A DNA stretch of 25,738 bases from Acidobacteriota bacterium (GTDB lineage Bacteria > Acidobacteriota > Thermoanaerobaculia > Thermoanaerobaculales > Sulfomarinibacteraceae). Each line of letters opens with the position of its first letter. Position 1 is the first letter of the stretch. Shown piece by piece: positions 7,477 through 15,468 of this stretch. The notes beneath the pieces were generated by a model, which worked only from the letters and a program-made list of their open reading frames with translations, was not told where the DNA came from and searched no databases. A program made the position numbers and the translations under genes. The DNA is taken from NCBI GenBank assembly GCA_015493585.1, contig WGCW01000134.1:1-25738 (forward strand). Reading direction: 5' to 3'.

Positions 7477-8369
7477 TCGAGATTCTGCACCTGCTCCCGG
7501 ATTTTCTCAACGGCACCCTTGGCGTCAACGAGCTTCCCGGAGAAACCCGGCTCCCGGAACTTGGAGCCCAGCGTGTTCAACTCACGATTCATCTCCTGAC
7601 ACAGGAAATCGAGGCTCCTCCCGACCTGGCCGCCGGCCTGCAGCCGGTTCCGGAACTGCTCGAGATGCCCCCTCAGCCGAACAACCTCTTCGGAAACGTC
7701 CATCCTGTCCGCTTGCATCCCCGCCTCCATGATCAGCCGCTGCTCATCGACGGGGCCCGCCGGTCCGAGGAGCTCGGTCAGCCGCTGCCTCAGCTTCTCG
7801 ACGAGCTGCCGGCGAACGTCCTCCATCTTCGGCTCGAACCAATCGAGGAAATCCTCGAGGACGCCGAGTTGCTCCGTGATCTGCTGGACCAGACTCCGTC
7901 CCTCGATACGCCTCATCCGGTTGAGCTGTTCGAGCGCCGCTGCAACGAGGGCGCCAAGCGCGTCGAGCTCGTCACGTGTCAACGCCAGCCGTTCCTCTTC
8001 GACGATGATGAGGCCAGGAACGGCCAACACATCGCGTAAGGTGACCGGGGTGACGAGGCCCTCAAACGAGGGGAACGATGCAACCTGCTCCATCAACGCC
8101 TCGATGCCTTTCTCGTTGATGATCACCGTGGACGACGGCGCCTGCGTCCTCTGAAAATTCAGCTCCACCACGACATGCCCCCGCTGGAGCGCGGTCCGCA
8201 CCAGCGTGCGGATCATCGCCTCGATCTCGGGAACCTCCTGGCGAAGCCCGGTGCGCACCTGGAGATCGAGGTAGCGATGGTTGACGGAACGAACCACCAC
8301 GCCCATCTGAAGCCGGTCCGATACCGGACCACCCGACCGGCCGAAGCCAGTCATACTTGCAACCGTCAT
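7473..8369 (-). CDS. yicC: YicC-family protein (YicC N-terminal / DUF1732 type; members of this family have been described as endoribonucleases), 298 aa.
   Basis: MTVASMTGFGRSGG...VRSVNHRYLDLQVR is the characteristic YicC N-terminus. The C-terminal half is helical. RBS GGAGGA lies 6 nt before the ATG at 8369. The start forms a 4-nt ATGA overlap with the ABC gene stop. Confidence 0.85.
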   Translation of the reverse strand: MTVASMTGFGRSGGPVSDRLQMGVVVRSVNHRYLDLQVRTGLRQEVPEIEAMIRTLVRTALQRGHVVVELNFQRTQAPSSTVIINEKGIEALMEQVASFPSFEGLVTPVTLRDVLAVPGLIIVEEERLALTRDELDALGALVAAALEQLNRMRRIEGRSLVQQITEQLGVLEDFLDWFEPKMEDVRRQLVEKLRQRLTELLGPAGPVDEQRLIMEAGMQADRMDVSEEVVRLRGHLEQFRNRLQAGGQVGRSLDFLCQEMNRELNTLGSKFREPGFSGKLVDAKGAVEKIREQVQNLE

Positions 8370-10219
8370 ACGTCATCCTCCAACGCCATCAATTCCTGTG
8401 CCGCGACCATCTCCGAGAAGGCCCCCCCGGCACGCAGGAGCTCCGCGTGAGAACCCCGTTCGATGATTCGGCCGTCACGCAGTACGACGACCAGGTCGGC
8501 GTTGCGTACAGTCGTCAGCCGGTGGGCGATGACCAGGCTCGTTCTCCCACGCATCAGGTTCTCCAGTGCGTGCTGCACGAGCCGTTCTGCCTCGGTGTCG
8601 AGCTGCGATGTCGCCTCATCGAGAATCAGCAGCGGCGGATTCTTGAACAGCGCGCGGGCGACCGCGATCCGCTGCCGTTCTCCACCCGACAGTTTGAGCC
8701 CCGACTCCCCAATGACGGTCTCGTATCCGTTCGGAAGAGCCATGATGAAATCGTGGGCGTAGGCTGCCTTGGCCGCCGCCTCGATCTCATCCTGAGGTGC
8801 ATCCTCCTGACCGAAGGCAATATTCTTCCGGACCGTGTCGTTGAACAGGATCGTTTCCTGAGTCACCAGGCCAATCTGTGCGCGCAGGCTTTTCAAAGTA
8901 ACATCGCGCACATCCTTTCCGCCGAGGCGGATCGCTCCCTTCTGAACATCCCAAAAGCGCGGGATGAGCTGGGCAATCGTGCTCTTGCCCGCACCAGATG
9001 CCCCAACGATGGCGACGGATTGCCCCGCCCGAATGTCCAGATCGATATCCTTGAGCACCCAGCTCTCGTCTTCGTAGGCAAACCAGACGTGATCGAGGTG
9101 GACGCCATCGCCAATCCCGTCAAGTTCCCCGGCTCCAGGTTTGTCCTGAACTTCGACGGGGGCATCGAGCACTTCGTAGACCCGCTCCGAGGCGACGATC
9201 GCTTGCTGCAAGGCCAGATTGAACTTGTTCAGGCGCTTGATCGGGTTATAGGCGCCGTACACACCGAGCAGGAACGCCGAGAAATCCCCCAGCGTCATCG
9301 CGCCCGAGGCGATCTGGTGCGAGGCATACCCGATCAGGGCCAGAGCGCCGAGCGAGCCGATGATCTCCATCACGGGGGCGTTGGCCGCCTGGATCGCCCG
9401 CGCCTTGAGATTCGCCCAGAAGTGACGGTGCGTCGCCGACCGGAACCGCTTCGCCTCGAACTCTTCCATGCCGAAGGCCTGCACGACCCGGATACCCTTG
9501 ATCGTCTCGTCCAGTATGGCGGTCAAGTCTCCCATCCTCTCCTGCGACTGGCGGGACCGCCTCCTCAAATGCCGGGAGAAGTGGATGACCGGCGCTAACA
9601 AAATTGGCGCGAGTACGAGCGTGACGAGCGCCAGGCGGAAGTTCAACGAAAAGACGTAGACCAGCAGCACGACCACCGTCAGGCTGTCCTGCAGCAGATC
9701 GCCCAGCCGTTCCGCCAGCGCCTCGTGAATCACTTTGACATCGTTGACCACTCTGGCGATCAAGACTCCGGAGGGGATCTCGTGGAAAAAACGGGGGCTC
9801 TGGCGCAGGAGCGCATCACCAATGGCGTTGCGGAGATCGCGGATCGTGGCAAGCCCAAGCTGGGCGATCGAATACCTCGCCACAAACGTGAAGACATTCT
9901 TGATCACGATCGCCAAGAAAACCAGGACGAGCACCGTCGCCCTGCTCTTGCCAACGACCTTCCCGAGCCATGCCTCTGCCCGGTGCGAGGCCCGGTCGAG
10001 ATCACCGACGAACCCTTTCTTCGGGATCGGAATCTTCGACGTCTCGTGCACCCGCGTGGTGCTCGTGCCATGAAGGACACTGTCGTAGATCGGCCGGATC
10101 AGGTTGTAGGCGAAGACGGTCGATGATGCGACGAGGATCATACTGACGAACGCCACACCGATCCAGCCTGCATGCCGCTTCGCAACCCCAAGGACCCTGA
10201 GAAAGCTCCGCATGGACAC
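8366..10219 (-). CDS. ABC transporter, fused permease and ATP-binding protein of the MsbA/multidrug-exporter type, 617 aa.
   Basis: The N-terminal half holds a six-helix TMD. The NBD has Walker A GASGAGKST, the signature LSGGERQRIAVARAL, Walker B LLILDEATSQLD and an H-loop. The ORF opens with GTG at 10219. An in-frame ATG at 10213 is an equally plausible start, and there is no clear SD. Confidence 0.9.
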   Translation of the reverse strand: MSMRSFLRVLGVAKRHAGWIGVAFVSMILVASSTVFAYNLIRPIYDSVLHGTSTTRVHETSKIPIPKKGFVGDLDRASHRAEAWLGKVVGKSRATVLVLVFLAIVIKNVFTFVARYSIAQLGLATIRDLRNAIGDALLRQSPRFFHEIPSGVLIARVVNDVKVIHEALAERLGDLLQDSLTVVVLLVYVFSLNFRLALVTLVLAPILLAPVIHFSRHLRRRSRQSQERMGDLTAILDETIKGIRVVQAFGMEEFEAKRFRSATHRHFWANLKARAIQAANAPVMEIIGSLGALALIGYASHQIASGAMTLGDFSAFLLGVYGAYNPIKRLNKFNLALQQAIVASERVYEVLDAPVEVQDKPGAGELDGIGDGVHLDHVWFAYEDESWVLKDIDLDIRAGQSVAIVGASGAGKSTIAQLIPRFWDVQKGAIRLGGKDVRDVTLKSLRAQIGLVTQETILFNDTVRKNIAFGQEDAPQDEIEAAAKAAYAHDFIMALPNGYETVIGESGLKLSGGERQRIAVARALFKNPPLLILDEATSQLDTEAERLVQHALENLMRGRTSLVIAHRLTTVRNADLVVVLRDGRIIERGSHAELLRAGGAFSEMVAAQELMALEDDV

Positions 10220-10394
10220 AGCCTAACACGGGATGACGCGTCACTCTACGGCCACGTGCCATTGCAGATGATCCGAATGTTTTTCGAGGGTGTTGCGCTG
10301 TCGGGAACGGCGAAGAGCATCGGATAGGAAGGCACCAGATTCGGCTTCACCTCAAGAAATGCCCGGAATTACACGTTTGCCCCGGAAAACATGC

Positions 10395-10414
10395 GAAATG
10401 CCGAAACCGCGCGG
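10395..10414. promoter_or_regulatory. Degenerate third copy (GAAATGCCGAAACCGCGCGG) of the GAAGAATGCAARCCG motif, 180 nt upstream of the ABC-yicC-kinase operon.
   Basis: Compared by eye with 15216-15237 and 18897-18914. Confidence 0.25.
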
Positions 10415-10536
10415 AGAAACCCACGTAACAGGCCGGCTGGCAAACCGTCTCTACCCCCTTGTGCCTCTGTTCTCCTCTTCTCTCTGCGCTGCCGCGATCT
10501 CCCAAGTTAGATTCTCCAGATGAATTTTCACGAGAT

Positions 10537-10557
10537 GGGGACAGTGTCGAATATTCG
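10537..10557. promoter_or_regulatory. Conserved 21-mer GGGGACAGTGTCGAATATTCG containing the palindrome CGAATATTCG. It recurs at 18959-18980.
   Basis: The 16-mer GGGGACAGTGTCGAAT is identical at both sites, and both carry a CGAAT(N0-1)ATTCG dyad. Confidence 0.45.
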
Positions 10558-10686
10558 GGACTAGCGTGTCTCTTTCCCCCCTTCCAGAAGAGTTTCTCGC
10601 AGAGAACGCCGCGACCGCGGAGGGGAGGTTCATGCCTGGGCAGTCGTGACGGTCTTGGGTGGCGTCGCGTGCAATCCGTAGCATTG

Positions 10687-10828
10687 CCCCCCCGGCCCAG
10701 ATTCTTCGTCGGCTTCACCTCCTCAGAATGACAGCCGGAGGGAAGGCGACGCCTCCTCAGAATGACACTTCCCCCTGTCATCCTGAGCGGCGTGCCGAAG
10801 GCTCGCCGCGAAGGATCTGGGAGGGGGC
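10687..10828. repeat. Short member (3a) of the repeat family. A variant left inverted repeat CCCAGATTCTTCGTCGGCTTCACCTCCTCAGAATGACA is followed by one unit and the hairpin CTCAGAATGACA-CTTCCCCCT-GTCATCCTGAGC, then the right end GGCGTGCCGAAGGCTCGCCGCGAAGGATCTGGGAGGGGG.
   Basis: Read directly. It is the same architecture as 2177-2547, with AGA in place of AGG in the core. Confidence 0.8.
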
Positions 10829-10844
10829 CAAAGTTGGGGACGGT

Positions 10845-11170
10845 CTTGCACTCATCTCGGCCTTCCTCTGCGAACCTCCGCGTTCTCTGCGGTTAGGTTC
10901 TCCCTGCGGCCGTCCCCCACCCAGATTCTTCGTCGGCTTCGCCTCCTCAGAATGACATTGGGGGGAAGGCTGTGCCTCCTCAGAATGACATTGGGGGGGA
11001 AGGCTGTGCCTCCTCAGAATGACATTGGGGGGAAGGCTGTGCCTCCTCAGAATGACGCCTCCCCCTGTCATCCTGGGCGGCGTGCCGAAGGCTCGCCGCG
11101 AAGGATCTCGCCTCCGCAAAATGACAGGGGGGCTTCGCCTCCGGCTCACGATGACAAGGGAGGGAAGGCC
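10845..11170. repeat. Member 3b of the repeat family. The leader CTCTGCGAACCTCCGCGTTCTCTGCGGTTAGGTTCTCCCTGCGGCCGTCCCCCA and the left inverted repeat CCCAGATTCTTCG precede a tandem array of three 33/34-nt units CCTCCTCAGAATGACATTGGGG(G)GAAGGCTGTG. Then come the hairpin arm CCTCCTCAGAATGACGCCTCCCCCT-GTCATCCTGGGC, the right inverted repeat and two further degenerate units (AAATGACAGGGGGG, CTCACGATGACAAGGGAGG).
   Basis: The leader matches 2177-2232 at about 90%. Units begin at 10950, 10983 and 11017. Confidence 0.85.
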
Positions 11171-11272
11171 CCGCCTGTGCGCTTCATGCCTCTTCCCACC
11201 GGTCTCGCACAGCTGAAGAAGCGACAGGCAGCGCAACAACCTCTCTTCACCTCAGGTTTCACCCGCTTCGGA

Positions 11273-11278
11273 TAAGAT
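11273..11278 (+). promoter_or_regulatory. Candidate -10 hexamer TAAGAT lying 6 nt upstream of the recD2 GTG start, possibly giving a leaderless or very short-leader transcript.
   Basis: The sequence is GATAAGATGTTGAG-GTG. No convincing -35 was found. The same hexamer is used upstream of pilT and the radical-SAM gene. Confidence 0.25.
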
Positions 11279-11284
11279 GTTGAG

Positions 11285-13501
11285 GTGGTACAGCAAGGTG
11301 ATCTGGCCGGGAAAACGTCCGGCGACGCGGTGGCGGTCGTCGAAGGCGCCGTCAGCCGCGTCATTTACGCCAACGACGAGAACGGATGGGCGGTAATCTC
11401 GATTCGTCCAGATGACGGCGAAACGCTCACAGCCGTTGGCTCGCTCCTCGGCGTCCGGGTGGGCGACCGCCTGCGGATGACGGGCTCTTGGCGCCGTCAC
11501 GAGAAGTACGGCCGTCAGCTCGCCGTTGAAAGCTTTGTCCACATCGACCCAACGACGAAATCAGGCATCCGCAAGTATCTCGCCTCTGCCAAGATTCCTG
11601 GCATCGGGCCCGTGACGGCGGAACGTCTTGTCAAACGTTTTGGAACCGGTACGCTGCACGTGCTGGAGCACGAACCGGACCGGCTGACCGAAGTCCCCGG
11701 CATCGGGCCAAAAACCGCCAGAAAGATCCGTGAGGGCTGGAGCAAGGTCCGGGGGCTCCAGGAGATCATGGTGTTCCTTCAAGGGCACGGTGTCTCCCCT
11801 TCCGTGGCGCTCAAGGCGTACAAAAAGTACGGTTCCACCGCTCTCAAGGTGGTCCGGGACAATCCGTACCGCCTCGCCGGGGAGCTGTTTGGCGTCGGCT
11901 TCTTGACCGCGGACCGCATCGGCAGAAACCTCGGCATTCCTGTGGACGCACCGCAGCGGCTGGAGGCGGGTCTGTTGTACGTGCTTGCTGAAGCCGCCGG
12001 AAACGGACATGTTTACCTGCCAGCGAACGTCCTCCGCAAGCGCGCGGCAGAGTTGCTCGAGGTCGAGCCGGATGAGCTCGTGACCGCGCTCAATACATTG
12101 GTGCAGAAGGGTCTCGTCGTCTCCGAGCCCGTCGATGACGGTGAGGGGTTCTGGTTGCCCCGGCTCTACAAAGCAGAACAGCGGACCACCGAGCGGCTGG
12201 CCGAACAGCTGACGTCCGAAACGGCAAAGATCGACATTGACACCGGCCGTGCGATCCCGTGGTACGAGCGCACGAGCGGCATCACGCTCGGCGATGTCCA
12301 GCGCCGCGCCCTCGCCGAGGCCCTGACCGGCAAGCTGCTGATCATCACCGGCGGGCCCGGCACCGGCAAGACGACACTGATTCGCGGGCTCGTACAGATC
12401 CTCTCGCGTAAGGACCAGACGATCCTCCTCGCGGCGCCGACGGGCAGGGCCGCCAAGCGGCTCAGCGAAACGACCGGCCTAGCCGCGAGAACGATCCACC
12501 GCTTGCTCGAGTTCAACCCTGTGACCAGAACCTTTGGGCGGTGCCGGGAGACGCCGCTCGCAGCCGACGTCCTCGTGATCGACGAGGTCTCCATGCTCGA
12601 CATCGAGCTTGCCGCACATCTGCTCGACGCGGTGCCACCGGCGTGCCGAATCGTCTTCGTCGGCGACGCGGATCAGCTCCCCTCCGTGGGGCCGGGCGAT
12701 TTCTTGCGGGACCTGGTCGGCTCGCGGCTCGTGCCCGTAGTCCGCCTCGACACGATCTACCGCCAGTCCGCCGGCAGTCTGATCGTCGTTAACGCGCACC
12801 GGATCAACCGTGGGGAGATGCCGCTATTGCCCGAAAGCGGCCGCCTGACCGACTTTTACGTCATCAACCGGGATGATCCTGAGGCTGCGGCAAAAACGGC
12901 TCTGGATCTCGCCACGCACCGCATTCCGGCGCGCTTCCGGCTCGATCCAGTCGACGACATTCAGGTTCTGGCGCCGATGCACAGGGGCGAGCTCGGCGTC
13001 ATCGAGATGAATGACCGGCTCCGGCGGGCGCTCAACCCCTCCGGGCCCGAGCTCGTCTTCGGCTCCAGGCGGTTCCGCGTGGGCGACAAAGTCATGCAGA
13101 TCCGGAACAACTACGAGCTTGACATCTATAACGGCGATATCGGCCGGGTCAGCACCATCGATCCGGAGAATCTGACAGTCACGGTCGATTTCCAGGGCCA
13201 CGTCGTGCCGCTCGCACGGGAGGACCTCGACGATCTCGTGCTCGCGTACGCCGTGACAATCCACAAGTCACAAGGTTCCGAGTACCCCGCGGTCATCATT
13301 CTGCTCCACCACCAGCACTACGTGATGCCCGAGCGCAATTTGTTGTACACGGCGGTCACCCGCGGAAAACGGCTCGTCATCATCGTTGGGAGCCGGCGGG
13401 CGCTCGTCCGCGCCGTCTCAAACGCAACCCACCGGATCCGCTACACCCGGCTTGCCGCCCGTCTCACCGGGGCGCTCGCTGACCGCTCCCGCTCGACGTA
13501 A
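11285..13501 (+). CDS. recD2: RecD2-like SF1B ATP-dependent DNA helicase (RecD/TraA family), 738 aa.
   Basis: An N-terminal OB-like domain is followed by HhH repeats (GIGPVTAERL, GIGPKTARKI). Walker A is LLIITGGPGTGKTT, Walker B is VLVIDEVSMLD, and the C-terminal motifs are YAVTIHKSQGSEY and LLYTAVTRGKRLVIIVG. The first in-frame start is the GTG at 11285, directly after a TAA, so the exact start is uncertain. Confidence 0.88.
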   Translation: MVQQGDLAGKTSGDAVAVVEGAVSRVIYANDENGWAVISIRPDDGETLTAVGSLLGVRVGDRLRMTGSWRRHEKYGRQLAVESFVHIDPTTKSGIRKYLASAKIPGIGPVTAERLVKRFGTGTLHVLEHEPDRLTEVPGIGPKTARKIREGWSKVRGLQEIMVFLQGHGVSPSVALKAYKKYGSTALKVVRDNPYRLAGELFGVGFLTADRIGRNLGIPVDAPQRLEAGLLYVLAEAAGNGHVYLPANVLRKRAAELLEVEPDELVTALNTLVQKGLVVSEPVDDGEGFWLPRLYKAEQRTTERLAEQLTSETAKIDIDTGRAIPWYERTSGITLGDVQRRALAEALTGKLLIITGGPGTGKTTLIRGLVQILSRKDQTILLAAPTGRAAKRLSETTGLAARTIHRLLEFNPVTRTFGRCRETPLAADVLVIDEVSMLDIELAAHLLDAVPPACRIVFVGDADQLPSVGPGDFLRDLVGSRLVPVVRLDTIYRQSAGSLIVVNAHRINRGEMPLLPESGRLTDFYVINRDDPEAAAKTALDLATHRIPARFRLDPVDDIQVLAPMHRGELGVIEMNDRLRRALNPSGPELVFGSRRFRVGDKVMQIRNNYELDIYNGDIGRVSTIDPENLTVTVDFQGHVVPLAREDLDDLVLAYAVTIHKSQGSEYPAVIILLHHQHYVMPERNLLYTAVTRGKRLVIIVGSRRALVRAVSNATHRIRYTRLAARLTGALADRSRST

Positions 13502-13507
13502 GCTTAC

Positions 13508-14602
13508 TCACGCCCCAAGCTTGGCACCGCAGCTCGGACAAAACTTGGCATCCGGAGGAACCGGTTTACCGCACTTCGGGCAAACGGCAGGACCGAGCTC
13601 ATGCCCACAGTTTGGGCAGAACCGGGCGCCTGGTGGAACCGGTTTGCCACAGGCGGTACAGAACGCGCCACCGGTTGTTACCGGTGCTGCCGCGCCTGCG
13701 GCGGCTCCGGCCGCCGGTTGCCCCTCTGTCTTGCCCGCTTGCCGCATCGCTTCGGAAATCATCCCCGGCATCATGGCGCCGAAACCCGCTCCGAGGCCGA
13801 GACCCATCCCGGCACCGGCGTTGCTGCCCTCACCGCCTCCACCGCCCTGAGCGGCCTCCTCGACCGCCTGAGCGGCCTTGAACTGCATGTACGTCCCCAT
13901 GTCGCCGACCGCACCCATCGCGGCCCGCTCATCGATCTTTGCCTGCACCTCGTCGGGGGGAGTGATCGAGTTGATGTAGAAATCGGTGAGATCGACTCCG
14001 TACTTGGTGAAGTCCTCGGCGATCCTCGCTTTGGCGGCCGCTCCCAGCTCGTCGTAGAGTCTGGCCAGATCGAAGATCGTCTTGAGCGATTCACCGAGGA
14101 GATCGTTGAGGCGTGAGACGATGATATCCCGGTAGAAGTCTTTCAGCCCGCCGGTCTCAAAGAGCCCCTGCGAGCCAACGACCGTGTTGACGAAGAGCTG
14201 GCTGTCCGACACGCGATAGGCGTAGGTCCCGAAGGCCCGCAACCGCACCATGCCAAGCTCGGCATCGCGGAAGACCACCGGTTCCCGCGTTCCCCACTTC
14301 TGGTCGATGAACGTCCGTTTGTTGACCCAAACTACCGCGACACGGAACGGGCTCTTGCCGCCCCACGGCAGCGACAGTGCCTTCGTCACGAGCGGGATGT
14401 TCTGTGTGACCAGCGTGTGACGTCCGGGCCCGAAGACGTCGAGCGCCTTGCCGTCCCGGTAGAGCACCGCCTCTTGGGCCTCGTGGACCACGAGCTGGGC
14501 GCCCATCTTGATCTCGGCGCTCCCTTCGGGCGGGTACCGGTAGACGATCTCCTCACCGCTGGGATCGTAGTGTTCGAGCACCTCAAGCGTCTGTGCCATC
14601 AC
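13508..14602 (-). CDS. SPFH/Band-7 family protein with a Gly/Ala-rich linker and a C-terminal double zinc ribbon, 364 aa.
   Basis: The N-terminal 250 aa resemble the SPFH (Band_7_1) fold found in B. subtilis YdjI-type proteins. The C-terminus is CTACGKPVPPGARFCPNCGHEL...CPKCGKPVPPDAKFCPSCGAKL, two CxxC...CxxC ribbons. The start overlaps the upstream gene stop by 4 nt. Confidence 0.85.
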   Translation of the reverse strand: MMAQTLEVLEHYDPSGEEIVYRYPPEGSAEIKMGAQLVVHEAQEAVLYRDGKALDVFGPGRHTLVTQNIPLVTKALSLPWGGKSPFRVAVVWVNKRTFIDQKWGTREPVVFRDAELGMVRLRAFGTYAYRVSDSQLFVNTVVGSQGLFETGGLKDFYRDIIVSRLNDLLGESLKTIFDLARLYDELGAAAKARIAEDFTKYGVDLTDFYINSITPPDEVQAKIDERAAMGAVGDMGTYMQFKAAQAVEEAAQGGGGGEGSNAGAGMGLGLGAGFGAMMPGMISEAMRQAGKTEGQPAAGAAAGAAAPVTTGGAFCTACGKPVPPGARFCPNCGHELGPAVCPKCGKPVPPDAKFCPSCGAKLGA

Positions 14603-15120
14603 CGGCCTCCCTTCGAGGTCACGTTCTCAAAGACCGTCGCACGTTCGTCAAAACGGCGATCCGCCTCACGAACATCGGCGAGAACGGCCTGAAGCGCAGC
14701 CGCATTCGCCGTGCCCGGCAGGCTCTCGATCCGTGTGACAAGTTTCTCAACCTCCTCGACGAGGCCCAAGTCGTGCTCGTACAGGCGATCGAGCTCATCC
14801 TCGTAGATCTTGACGGCATCGAAGAAACCCGTATACCCGTAGTCCGCATGGCGAACGCGGTTCGCAAACCGGTCGAGCCCCTTGTCGATGCTCGATGCCA
14901 CATCGAGGTTCGCCAGATCTCCCGACCTCGACCATTCCCGGATGCTCTGCTGTACGAGCTCCCGGGCGCGGTCGATCTGCGCCGCAATCCAATCCCGTTC
15001 CATCTTGTCGACCTCACGGCGGGTTTCCCGTTCCAGATACCCCTTCAGCCCGGGAATCTTGGCGGCGAGCCGCTCCAGCGCGTTGCGGCGTTCCCTCGCA
15101 TGCTGTATGCCTTGATCCAT
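14599..15120 (-). CDS. Hypothetical all-helical (coiled-coil) protein, 173 aa, translationally coupled to the SPFH protein.
   Basis: I chose the ATG at 15120 because AAGGAGGG lies 8 nt upstream. The ORF-track start at 15159 would place that SD inside the coding sequence. No known motif; the sequence is rich in E/R/L heptads. Its stop overlaps the SPFH start (14599-14602). Confidence 0.6.
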   Translation of the reverse strand: MDQGIQHARERRNALERLAAKIPGLKGYLERETRREVDKMERDWIAAQIDRARELVQQSIREWSRSGDLANLDVASSIDKGLDRFANRVRHADYGYTGFFDAVKIYEDELDRLYEHDLGLVEEVEKLVTRIESLPGTANAAALQAVLADVREADRRFDERATVFENVTSKGGR

Positions 15121-15215
15121 CAGCCTTCCCTCCTTCTGCCACGGATGACACTTTGACATCCTATCGTGCCATACGTGCGCGGCACAACTTTGATTCCAAA
15201 GGAAGATTCAGGCAC

Positions 15216-15237
15216 GAAGAATGCAAACCGCCCGGTG
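15216..15237. promoter_or_regulatory. Conserved motif GAAGAATGCAAACCGCCCGGTG (on the reverse strand: CACCGG..TTGCATTCTTC), 100 nt upstream of the SPFH operon start.
   Basis: A near-identical block, GAAGAATGCAAGCCGGTG, lies at 18897-18914, 107 nt upstream of the bPH/queA operon start. A degenerate copy is at 10395-10414. Confidence 0.4.
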
Positions 15238-15372
15238 TGATGTTTCCACTGGTTCTGTCTCCCCGCACGTTCGGTGCCGGCGGAAGGCCGGCAGGCCGGT
15301 GGCAGTCCACCTTGTCAGGGCAGCACGCTGCCCCGTCCTTGCTTGCGCTTACCTTAAGAGTTCCTTCCAGTC

Positions 15373-15416
15373 GCCTTCCAAACCCGGCCGCCCGGGATGC
15401 GGGGATCCCGGGCGGC
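15373..15416 (+). terminator. Very stable GC hairpin (14-bp stem 15373-15386 / 15393-15406, loop GCGGGG) followed by CCCGCC-TTTT. Possible intrinsic terminator, RNA 3' end or insulator in the 350-nt divergent intergenic region.
   Basis: GCCGCCCGGGAT-GCGGGG-ATCCCGGGCGGC is a perfect inverted repeat read from the sequence. The T4 tract begins 6 nt after the stem. No annotated forward-strand gene lies upstream of it. Confidence 0.3.
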
Positions 15417-15443
15417 CGCCCGCCTTTTCAGCCGCCGACGCAG

Positions 15444-15449
15444 TAGAAT
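15444..15449 (+). promoter_or_regulatory. Candidate -10 TAGAAT for the small membrane peptide/htpX transcript. The TSS would fall near 15456 at the start of GGGAGGAGG.
   Basis: TAGAAT fits TAnAAT and lies 19 nt upstream of the ATG at 15469. The -35 is weak (TTTTCA at 15425-15430 with a 13-nt spacer). Confidence 0.3.
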
Positions 15450-15468
15450 GCCGGTGGGAGGAGGTCTG

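Noticed and set aside
13495-13512. The perfect 10-bp palindrome GTAAGCTTAC spanning the convergent recD2 (TAA) and SPFH (TGA, reverse) stop codons.
   Set aside because: It is too short and loop-less to form a terminator hairpin. It is probably a coincidence of two stop codons around a HindIII-like site, so it is noted but not called.
15216-15237. Sigma-54 (-24 GG / -12 GC) promoter reading of the CACCGG..TTGCA motif.
   Set aside because: The spacing between the GG and the TTGCA GC does not fit the 10-nt sigma-54 geometry in either copy.
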